DNA of 64,000 nt from the NCBI GenBank assembly GCA_946965045.2, contig OX337231.1:3534001-3598000 (forward strand). Direction: 5' to 3'. The position numbers and the translations under genes were made by a program. The stretch is from Epithemia pelagica. Lineage: Eukaryota; Protista; Bacillariophyta. Numbering within the stretch: position 1 is the stretch's first letter; each line of letters starts with the position of its first letter. Below are positions 19,847-29,549 of the stretch, in pieces. The notes under the pieces were generated by a model that searched no databases, was not told the DNA's origin, and worked only from the letters and a program-made list of their open reading frames with translations.

Positions 19847-21880
19847 TCATAGAGAGAGGCGGCCTCGGGTAATGGAGGTGACTCCTTTAGGAATCACAAC
19901 CCAATTGGTGCTACTATCGTCGTTTTGGGTTTGGCTCTTTTGGTTGTTGTCGTCACTGGTGTCTCGCTCGACATAGTCCACTTCACAGACGCCATCGATC
20001 GTACACACTGTCGTCAAGGTTTCGAGATCCATCAAGCTTTCAATGCTCGTTACCAAGGTGTAATCCAAAAAGGTTTTGGGCAAGAGCCACAATTGTCCCA
20101 TCAAAATGGTCGTGTAGGTGCCATAGAGGGCCACTTCCGGTCGGACCAAGTCGGGCCGTCCCACCGAGGGGGGCAACTCCTGCACCAAGGCCGAAAGATC
20201 CCGCAATACCACTTGTCCCAGCAGGAATACCAAGAGTGCCACCACCCACCAAGTATGCAATTGAATGGATTTTTGATACAAGGCGGGTCCATTCCGTCCG
20301 GCCCTTCCAAACAAGGCCTCGTGGTCATTGCGAGCCGGTGCCCCCCACAGCGATTCCACCCACCCAAAGGGCAGGGGAGACGAGTCAAATTCGGCCAACA
20401 ACTCGGGACATTGATACCGCGGAGGCAACAATACGACGACCGAGTCCTCGTCTTCCTTATAGTAATAGTAGGAAGATTCGTTCCCCCGCTTTGTGGTTGT
20501 TGTAGTAGTAGTATTCGTCAAAGGGATTCGTACCAAGGTGGGAACCAACATGCTTTTGAGTTGCACCATTTTCCAAAAATCAAAAAGGCCCCACACGACG
20601 GAGATCATCAGGGCCACGGTTTGCGCCGACAAGTAGGCGGGCGAGGCTAGAAATTCCCCACACGAGGTAAAAGCATTGTCACTGGCGGCACTGACAATGT
20701 TGTGCGACAAATCAATCGACCGGCCTTGTGCCACGACTGGAATGAGAGGCAACCATGTCAAGGGGGATAATTCCACCATGTCTTGCAACTTGTTGCCAAA
20801 GACCTTGACAAAATAGGTTTCCAACAAGAAGCTGTCGGGTGCAATCCGATATTCTTGCAAGAATCGTTCCCGAACCAACAAGGCTTCGGCTTGGATATCG
20901 TTGAATGTGGCAAACAGTCGGTTCCAAATAGTACTGCGTGGAGCCATTTGCAATCCATATTGAATCGCTTGTTCTGTCGTCGTCAGGTCGTCTCGTGGGT
21001 CTCCCTTCGACGATTCTTGGCGGAAGTTGTTGGGATGATTGAGCTCGAGGGGTTGGAGCTTGAGAACTTGGGCCACTTCTCCCAAGGACACGTGTCCATC
21101 CCCATTGAGATCAAAGACGGTACGAGACACGAGTTCCAAGGCTTTGACTTGCCGGACGACACTTGTGACAGTGATGGAAGCAATGAAAAAGAAACAAAGG
21201 GCCACTTCGAAAAAGGATTGGTGCAAAAATTCAAAACTCTCGAGCAAAATTGCGGAATTGCCCAAGAATTGCTGCGACAAACTGCCCACCAAACTCCCCA
21301 AGGGTCCATCGACGACTGCGACGCTGAGAAACAAACCGATAAAGCCCAACCCTCCCAGTTCCACCAACATGGAATCCACGACGGGTTGCAAGGTATCGGG
21401 CAAGCTTTGACGGGCCGACGTGACGGTTCGTTCCCAACTGTACAACAAGGCCACAATGGTGACCATGACCGCCAAGGACCAAAAGACGGGACTCTGCAGG
21501 ACGAGTCCCAAGACGCCCAACTGCGAAACGTCCACGACAAAGACACCTGGAAAAAATGTGGGAGAGGGTGGCGGTGGAGCTGCTGGCCAAAAGAAATGCG
21601 AGGAAGGGGACGAGCACAAGGCCATGCCAGGGCGTGTCCATCTTGAAGTCTGGGCAAACGAACACGGCAATGACGGCGACACGCCAAGTGAATGTCGTTT
21701 TGGTGGTTGTTGTTGTTGGATTTGGTTGGATGACCGGTTGTTATTGTTGTTTGGGGATCCACCTTGCCGAGGAAGATGAAGATGGCTTCCCGTCACTAGC
21801 ATGTAGTCATTGGAAAAGGCTACCACCAATGGTAACCACGCCAAGAGCATGACGGATGACAACAAGGAGTTCTTCACCAT
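19847..21880 (-). CDS. MLO-like multi-pass membrane protein with an EF-hand and an N-terminal signal/transit-like presequence
   Basis: Segments FWSLAVMVTIVALLYSWER, MLVELGGLGFIGLFLSV (MLO ELMLLGFISLLL-like), FEFLHQSFF and LSPLTWLPLIP. The EF-hand loop is DLNGDGHVSLGE. The native ATG at 21880 coincides with the copia TSD. Confidence 0.72.
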   Translation of the reverse strand: MVKNSLLSSVMLLAWLPLVVAFSNDYMLVTGSHLHLPRQGGSPNNNNNRSSNQIQQQQPPKRHSLGVSPSLPCSFAQTSRWTRPGMALCSSPSSHFFWPAAPPPPSPTFFPGVFVVDVSQLGVLGLVLQSPVFWSLAVMVTIVALLYSWERTVTSARQSLPDTLQPVVDSMLVELGGLGFIGLFLSVAVVDGPLGSLVGSLSQQFLGNSAILLESFEFLHQSFFEVALCFFFIASITVTSVVRQVKALELVSRTVFDLNGDGHVSLGEVAQVLKLQPLELNHPNNFRQESSKGDPRDDLTTTEQAIQYGLQMAPRSTIWNRLFATFNDIQAEALLVRERFLQEYRIAPDSFLLETYFVKVFGNKLQDMVELSPLTWLPLIPVVAQGRSIDLSHNIVSAASDNAFTSCGEFLASPAYLSAQTVALMISVVWGLFDFWKMVQLKSMLVPTLVRIPLTNTTTTTTTKRGNESSYYYYKEDEDSVVVLLPPRYQCPELLAEFDSSPLPFGWVESLWGAPARNDHEALFGRAGRNGPALYQKSIQLHTWWVVALLVFLLGQVVLRDLSALVQELPPSVGRPDLVRPEVALYGTYTTILMGQLWLLPKTFLDYTLVTSIESLMDLETLTTVCTIDGVCEVDYVERDTSDDNNQKSQTQNDDSSTNWVVIPKGVTSITRGRLSL

Positions 21881-22117
21881 TGCGAGTAGTGGAAAAGAAC
21901 GGCGGTCTCTTTCCCATTGAGCAATCCGTAAAAGGATACTTATTCTGATAATCACTATTATGTTAGTCCTAAATTCTCTCTAAATTCACTTGGATCTTTT
22001 CTTCAATATCTTTTGGATGAGTCATTCCATCCACTCGTTCACATCTACGTCGCTCATCATTCGTGATTGATGAGTCTTGTTGCCAGGTATAAGCTTGCTA
22101 CCCCAGCTATACTCGCA
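21881..22117 (-). repeat. 3' LTR of element B
   Basis: TGCGAGTA...TACTCGCA termini; identical by eye to 28808-29044. Confidence 0.97.
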
Positions 22118-22126
22118 CTCCCTCTC
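22118..22126 (-). other. Polypurine tract of element B
   Basis: GAGAGGGAG on the minus strand immediately before the 3' LTR. Confidence 0.8.
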
Positions 22127-22142
22127 AAGCGCAATATCTCGG

Positions 22143-25100
22143 CTACCATCCACTCAGTAGCTTCCGAATTGTTTCAAATGTATCTTTCGTCAGACCCTTT
22201 GTCATGATGTCTGCACGTTGTTTCGATGTCTCGATCTTTTCAACCGTGACTCGATTCGGCTTTAAGTGCGATCGAAACCAGTGCATTCGTATCGCATAGA
22301 ACTTTGATCTTGGTGTAAACCTGCCCGGCTCCATATTCGCGAGCGTCAGGGCACCATTGTTATCTTCCCACACTGTGGTTCTGAATTTCGTGCTCTGATC
22401 TTCTGTCATGCCGACACCTCGTGCCACAGTTTTCAGAAGTTCCAGAAGAGGCAACACAGATTTCATCGCCACACTGAGCGCTGTGTATTCCGCCTCCATT
22501 GTTGATGTTGCAATATCCGATTGCAACTTGCTTTGCCAGATGACTGGACAGTTTGCGATGCAAATGGCAAACCCAGTTCGGCTTTGACACATGACGGATC
22601 CATCTTGTCCTCATGTGGCCACAGACCCGCGAAGTCTGCATCAACGTAACAATCAACGTTGAGATTGTCGTAAGTTGGACGGAGAATGAGCCCTTTCTCC
22701 ATTGTCCCTTTCAAGCATTGTCCGATCCTTTCTAACGCCTCTTCGTGTGTTGTCTTAGGATCATGGGTGTATCGTGCACACTGACTGACGGCATATGTGA
22801 TGTCGGGTGTTGAATGTGCTTGCAAATATTGCAGCATTCCAATGACACTTGGATAGCTGAATTTGCACTGTGCTGGAGTCCCATTTTTGTTTGCCACCAG
22901 AGGATCCTTCGATGCTGGTGTCCTTTTCATGGGTTTGTCTCTAAGTTGGAGAGCCTCTACAATTCGCTTGATAAGGCCCTTCTGCGTCAACGTGATAGTA
23001 CCATCACTATCGTTGCGTTCAATGTGTACGCCGAGAAATCCGGCTACACTGTCTTCGATCTCGAGTGTCACGTTCTGTTGATTCTGGAGTTTCCCAAGAA
23101 ACTCATCAATCCACTCGCGTTTGGGGCTGTAAATCAATGTGTCGTCCACATAGACCAGCACGATGATTTTGTCGGACATGAACAGGCACGGATCGATGTG
23201 TTCCTGCGACTTGAGTCCGACCTGTTCCAATTTGCTTTTCAGATGAAGGAAGAAGTTTCGTGGTGCCTGCTTTAGGCCATACAACGATCGAGTAAGTTTC
23301 AAGACTTTCCCTGGTTGCGCAAACCCTCTCGGCATCTCAACATACACGCCACTTTTCTTTTGTTCTTCTTCTGTCATCTTGTTCCAATTGGGATCCTTGT
23401 CAATCGGCGCATGTACAAATGCTGCCGTGTAATCCACTTGTACTGTGGACAGATTCAAAATGATGGAAAGAATCATCATCAGGCGCACAGTCGTCCAATT
23501 CACAACGGGTGCAAACGTGTCGAAGAAATCGACTCCTTCGACTTGTTTGTCCCCACGTGCACAAAACCGTGCTTTCAATTTGCGTACGGATCCATCGGGA
23601 TACCGTTTGCACTTGAACGCCCATGTGCCAGGTAAGACATTCATCCATGTCTCTCTTGCCACGACTTCCCATGCTTTCATCTTCTCATGAAGCGTGTTGT
23701 ATTCTTTCTTGCAAGGCTCCCAGTACCCGTCTTTATCGGGACCGTTCATGGCTTGTTCCCATGAGGGATTGTCTGCAGCATCGGCCTTGGTTGCCAATGC
23801 CATAGGATGCATCTCTTCAATCCAGCGTGTGTCCGGATCCGTATGACGATCCAGCCACAGGTCCATTGCCAATAGGTCTTTGGATTTGGACGCGATTGCG
23901 CTGGTCAGAGTGTCCCAGGTAAGGGATTGGAGGAACTGTGCATTTAACAGCTCTCGTCTCACTTTTTGCTTTGGCCTTGTTGACCCACGAGGAAAGTAAG
24001 CAGTCGATGCCCACAATCGCTCATCGAACAAGTGACGATTGGGACGGCGTTCTCTTTTGCCTCTCCCATGTGATTCTGGATCGGGTTCGGCAAAATGCCT
24101 ATTACGGCGTTCAATCTCTTCTTGTCTTGTCGTGCTGTCATCGTCTGAGTCTTCTTCAAAAACGATCTCATGTTCTGCTTCGTCGGCTTCTCCCTCTGGA
24201 GGCAACAATTCACCATTTGGAGCTCCCTCTGGAGGCAACAATCCACCTGTTTGATCTTGACTTGGCAATTCACCGGGTTCTGCAGGTGGTTCTGGTCCTT
24301 GCCCTCGCTCTGTTGGCTGTTCCAGTGGAGGTTGGAATTGAACATGGTTCCTTGTGGCTCGGCCTCTCCCCCCGTCAACAGACGTTGGAACAGGAACAAT
24401 GGGTAAAGGAGGAGTGGGCAAGGGACGAGGAGGACGTGACTGACGTCGGGCATGCCGTTCCGCAATCTCGGAATCGGTCATCCACTCGTCTCCAAGCTCC
24501 AAATTACCATCATCATCATCTTCGTCAGGCAGGTTAGATTCAGTGCCCGCCGCTAGCAGGCGTTGCCAAAAGTCACCGTTCAAATTTGGCTCATCTAAGA
24601 GCCCGCCAGAATCGGCATTAGGGACCGTAGAAAATAAATCATCGTAGACCACATGATACTGTGAGCTGATGAATCCCGAACGAAGATTGAGTATACGACC
24701 AACAGTAGTAGAATGGTCGGGCGAAATCCCAAGAAACTGACCACGTTGTGCCTTGGCTTGCCATTTAGGCAACTTCTTTCCGTCTTGAAGCTTGGGGTCC
24801 AGGACATACACAGGACATCCCCATACGTGACTCCGCTGAAGGTGGTGAAAATCGGAGAATGTGATGCCAGAGAAGATTTCGAGTGGAGCGATGTTCGTCC
24901 GGCGATTCGGAAGGTGGTTCCATAGCCAGACGGCGTGCTCAACGGCAAAGGGCCAAAGATGCAAGTGCATTTGCTCGGGCCAGTGAATAGTTGCGTGTAG
25001 TAACATAGTACGGGCCCAAGACATCGTGGTCTTTACTGCCCTTTCCGCGACTCCATTCTGATGATGTGCCCCAACGCCTGAGAAGCTGATACGTTGACCA

Positions 25101-26962
25101 CTTCCGTGTACATGGTTCAGAAATTCTTCTCGGCCAAACGGAGCATTATCGGCGCGGTACTCTCGTATCTTGACACCGTATTCATCCGCAAACCGCTCAA
25201 ACTTCTTCTTCGAACTGATCGTCTCACCAACTCGAAGGGACACTTGGTTCGCCAAGAAGATCATGCCAGAGGCATGATCGACAAACAGAGTTCCCCCTCT
25301 ATACTGTTCTTCGGTCCTCTCTTTGCCATACGTGTGAGGAAGACGGCCACGAATCGTGGATTCGTATTGATCAATCGAAACACAATCTCCTGGTTGAAGG
25401 TGCTCCCTCTTGAGCATACTGTCTTTCCCATCCACCAATCCACCGTGATTCGAATGAGGCGTCCGGCGATGTTGCTTCCCAAGCATACAAGCTGCGCACA
25501 AAGGTATGACGCAACTTGTTGTCTTCGCTTCTTTTGTTTCCAGCACTAACCGTCGACTGCTTGCTTTTGGATCTCGACAGAGCGTCTGAATCCATTGCAT
25601 GTTGGCATGGCCAAGCTTCCAGTGCCACAGCAAGAGCTCCCTTTGCGATGCCGTCAAGTTCTGGTTAGTCTCGTCGGCCACATTCATCAAGCCACTGTGA
25701 TTTGCCGTAGACAAGGCCGACTTGACGGAATATCCATCACCCAACATCGTTGCATCTTCGAAGGTAAGTCCCATTTGATTCACATTCCCTGTGAGCATAA
25801 AGGGAAGATTACTACCGGAGTTATATGGAAATTCTAACCATGTCCCATCCGGGACTTGCAACTGCGTTTTCTTGTGGTCGAGTACCAGTTTTCCAGCTTG
25901 CTGTTCCTGGAAGAACGTTTGCGGGCTGAACAAACGAATCGAGGCTTCTGGTACGTAGTATGCTTTCGTCTTGATCGTTCGGGCTACCCCCATAACATCT
26001 CTAACCATCCATTGGACCGTGCCAAAACCTCGGACTGCTGTTGTTCCAGACAATCCATTCAACGATGAGATTTCGGCCGGTTGAATTGGTCCGACGAAGT
26101 CTTGGAGATTTGGCGTCAACGATTTGGACGCTCCAGAATCGATCACAATGGGAAGCACATCTTGTTCTCGTTGACTCATGTACACCGTCATGCGACGTGA
26201 CAATTCGCCAATAGTCTCACTATTCAAACCAGAACAATCAACCTGGTTCAACGGGACAGTGACGGCTTGAAAACTTTTCAGTTGTCCAAAATTGGCTGCT
26301 GCAACCATGCTTTGTCGCAACATCAGTTTCCAAGGGGTCTTTTGTCTTGTAAGGTCAGCTCCAAGCCACGCCCCATGACTCAACAATTTTATTGTCTGCC
26401 ACTGACGAACTGGATCGACTTGTGGTAGCAAGGAATCGTCCTTCAGGGCCAAACTCCAAAGCGACAATCCACCAAAGATTTGATCTCGAAGAGTCTTCGT
26501 CATGTCGTTTGTCGCACCCTCTGGAGACGACGTTCTCGGGTTGGTCCAGTTGTCCCAGTCGTCCGTGTTGTACCAAAGACAAGGACGGTTGTTTTGCCAG
26601 ATCACACGATGGACTCGACGTCTTGCTTTCATTTTGAGGCCATAGGAACGTACCGATTGTCTCAAACGAGGTTTTGGTGGTCTTGGTGGAGTGCTCACAG
26701 CAGGAGCAGCTGTGGCTCCGGACTTGGAGTCTTGCTCGACCAAGCTCATGGCACAACAAAGGCCTGTGAACAGGGCGAGATACAGTAGAAATAACCACGG
26801 CAGATAAAGCCAAAATAGGTCCCCCATCCCCCTCATGAGCGCACAGTCGAGTAAGGATGAGAAGATAGAGGTCGCCCAGGTTTCCCTCCTGGGACCATAG
26901 CGATGATAGGGTCGGCCTACACCAGATGGACCGTCTAAAGACGCCACCCAGCGGCCACCCCA
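22143..26962 (-). CDS. pol: Pol of element B (PR, GAG-pre-integrase, IN, RT, RNase H); in frame with gag after one TGA, with a 1-nt frameshift at ~22585 in RNase H
   Basis: IVIDSGAS (PR); LWHWKLGHAN...CAACMLGK (HHCC); HQNGVAERAVK (IN); KARFCARGD, LYGLKQAP and LVYVDD (RT); YVDADFAG, then RH CPVIWQSKLQ/STMEAEY/WEDN in the adjacent frame (22143-22592). Confidence 0.95.
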
Positions 26963-28441
26963 TCAGGAGAAATGCTCCACGAGACTGCGGAGCGACTGAT
27001 CGACGGAGCGTGCCACGTTTGCGACTGCAGCATCGAGCTCAGCGCGATTGACAGTAGAACCAGCCACAGTGCCAGTCGCTCCAGTGAGCGTGCTGGTCGT
27101 GCTGGCGCCGTCGGCTCGCGCGGCATGAGCACTCGCAACTTGGTTGGAAGAATGCGTCCGATCCGGAACCCAGCGATGCGTGCAATGGTTGTAGAACATA
27201 TGTTTTCCATCAATCACGCGTCGATTTCGTTCGTCCGACTTTGGAGGCGCCCACTTTCCGGATGCACCACCTGCTCCAGAATTTGAGGAAGTCGTCCCAT
27301 TGGCTGCCTTCTTAGAACCAAACTTCTCTCTGTTCGCAGCAATCTTCTGTTCGTTGCGGGGTTCCGTGCACTTCGGTGCCGTATGTCCCGGCTTTCCACA
27401 ATTCCAACAAATTGGTTGGGGCTTGCCATTGCCCGAAGAGGCAGTATTGGCAGCTTTCTTGGCATCTTCTTGGGCATTGAAGACGGAGTTCTTTCCCTTC
27501 GTTTTAGAACCGTGCCAGTCATTACTGCTGCATAATTCATTATACTTAGTTTTGGCTAAGCGAAGTAAAACATCAACTTCCAAACCACCAGTGTCATCAG
27601 GATCACCTTGAAGTTTACCAATGTCCCGTGCCATTGTATAAGTTTGCTCGATATAGCGGAAGTAGGAGTTAAATTTGCCAACGGATGAAGTTTGCATGAC
27701 CTTTAGCACTTGCTGATTAAAACGCTCTGGAACTTTCTTGACCCATTTCAAGCGTTTGTGTGCACCACGGATCAAACTTACAACACGAAGAACATTTTCA
27801 CCTTGAAACTCATTGATCTTCAAATTCTTAACCAAGTCTTTCAAGTGATCAATAGCGGCTTCCGAACTTGAAACCAGAATGTTCATCATAATGACAAAGA
27901 GCAGTGGACCCCCTTGTTGAATGGTAGGGTAAGTCTCAAACTGTTCGTAGCATTTTTCAAACAGACTTTGAGTCATGTTATTTTCCAGATGCTTGTAGGT
28001 TAGTACCAAATTCTCCCGGTACCAATCCTTCTTGGTCCAACGGCGATACCATTCACAACTGGCTGCAACTTCATCGGGAGTAACTTCCTCATAATTTAAA
28101 TATAGATCTACAGTACGAGACTCAATACTCCGGGATCCCTTCGACTTGGGGAACACAATCGTGAACACGTCATGCATATCGTAAACCATATGCGTGTCCT
28201 TGGTCTTGGAAATCATGATGGCAGTGTTATAACACTCATCCAACTTCTTTTCATCGGTCAAACTCATACTCGTGAAAGTATATTTTGTTTGCGATGTCTT
28301 CACGGCTTCCTTGAAGAGATCTTGTTTCTTCTCCGAGGACATCTTCTCCCTGTTCTCTTTCCGATATAGAGGTCCTTGATCTGCGACACCATATCCCCTT
28401 GAACCTGGTTCCACCAGCTCAACTGCCAGTCCCCCAACCAT
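26963..28441 (-). CDS. gag: Gag of element B with a CCHC zinc knuckle (the frame extends upstream to ATG-GCG-TGA at 28705)
   Basis: CWNCGKPGHTAPKC; GGPLLF and FQGENV gag-like segments; located directly upstream of pol. Confidence 0.9.
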   Translation of the reverse strand: MVGGLAVELVEPGSRGYGVADQGPLYRKENREKMSSEKKQDLFKEAVKTSQTKYTFTSMSLTDEKKLDECYNTAIMISKTKDTHMVYDMHDVFTIVFPKSKGSRSIESRTVDLYLNYEEVTPDEVAASCEWYRRWTKKDWYRENLVLTYKHLENNMTQSLFEKCYEQFETYPTIQQGGPLLFVIMMNILVSSSEAAIDHLKDLVKNLKINEFQGENVLRVVSLIRGAHKRLKWVKKVPERFNQQVLKVMQTSSVGKFNSYFRYIEQTYTMARDIGKLQGDPDDTGGLEVDVLLRLAKTKYNELCSSNDWHGSKTKGKNSVFNAQEDAKKAANTASSGNGKPQPICWNCGKPGHTAPKCTEPRNEQKIAANREKFGSKKAANGTTSSNSGAGGASGKWAPPKSDERNRRVIDGKHMFYNHCTHRWVPDRTHSSNQVASAHAARADGASTTSTLTGATGTVAGSTVNRAELDAAVANVARSVDQSLRSLVEHFS

Positions 28442-28792
28442 GAATCGGGTATCTGTATCTAACGGGTAGTCATCGCTCTTTGAACTCTTATCCGAGTTGT
28501 TTTCATCGCTTGTTCTTCTTTGTCTTCTCTCATTAAGACCCTGAAGCGTTTCGTCGAGTGTTCGGAATCCAAAGTCGGATTCTCGATTGTCGGTTCCAGT
28601 CTGGTCTTCCGCTGAGGCGTCTTGATAGTCCTCATCGTCTCCCGTGTTAGCCGGTGCTGCACCTGAAGCGGGTGAAACATTTGCCGAGTCTTCTGCTCAC
28701 GCCATTGTTCTCACCTTCTCTCTGTCCTATCTTGCCAGAGCACTCACTTCCTTGACACCGTACGACCTTGGGAAACCTTCTACAGCGTAATA

Positions 28793-28807
28793 CTTGGGCT
28801 CAGAACC
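28793..28807 (-). other. Putative primer-binding site GGTTCTGAGCCCAAG
   Basis: Abuts the 5' LTR. It resembles the anticodon-arm (half-tRNA-iMet) PBS type GGTTATGGGCCC used by Drosophila copia, not the TGG-initial type. Confidence 0.6.
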
Positions 28808-29044
28808 TGCGAGTAGTGGAAAAGAACGGCGGTCTCTTTCCCATTGAGCAATCCGTAAAAGGATACTTATTCTGATAATCACTATTATGTTAGTCCTAAA
28901 TTCTCTCTAAATTCACTTGGATCTTTTCTTCAATATCTTTTGGATGAGTCATTCCATCCACTCGTTCACATCTACGTCGCTCATCATTCGTGATTGATGA
29001 GTCTTGTTGCCAGGTATAAGCTTGCTACCCCAGCTATACTCGCA
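28808..29044 (-). repeat. 5' LTR of element B
   Basis: Identical to 21881-22117. Confidence 0.97.
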
Positions 29045-29549
29045 ACCATTCTGGAGCTTTGCAAAAGGATCACCGTCCGTCCAAGGTACCAAAAACTACT
29101 ACTCCCTAGTATTATTGCTGGGGCTGTTTGAGGGGAACGAAAGAATCCTGTGGAGTCCTCAAGAGTCGATGGAAGGAAAGAAACAAGAAACAAGAGCCAG
29201 GAGTGTCGTTTGGGTTTCTCTCAATTTTCACCAAGCGAACATGATGTGTCGTTCACACCATGGTAACAGTTCCGAAAGAGTGATGTTCGCCCACTGAACA
29301 AACCCACGCGTTGGAATGACAGGACTATCATTTGGATGTTCTATCGAGTTCCGAACGGACCCGCTGGGAAGCTGGAGGGAGTGACGTACTCCACCCATAG
29401 TGGATGCAAGTTTTGCGAATCTCGAATCTCTGCATACAAAAACAAAAACTACCGTATGAGGATCAACCGTAGATGGTGGTGTCCACATGAATGAAAGCGA
29501 TGCGAATTCTTCTATCACGGTGGAGGGACGAGACTCGCCTGTTCCCACT

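Larger units (their letters stand above)
21881..29044 (-). mobile_element. Full-length Ty1/copia LTR retrotransposon, element B (7164 bp), 5-bp TSD ACCAT
   Basis: Two identical 237-bp LTRs; ACCAT at 21876-80 and 29045-49; gag, PR-IN-RT-RH, PBS and PPT all present. Confidence 0.98.

Noticed and set aside
21881-21955. ORF-track start of the 702-aa protein at 21955
   Set aside because: It lies inside the LTR. The native start is the ATG at 21880 within the TSD.
22463-22590. C-terminal tail ELGLPFASQTV... of the 1494-aa ORF
   Set aside because: Out-of-frame product after the 1-nt deletion; the real RNase H continues in the 22143-22592 frame.
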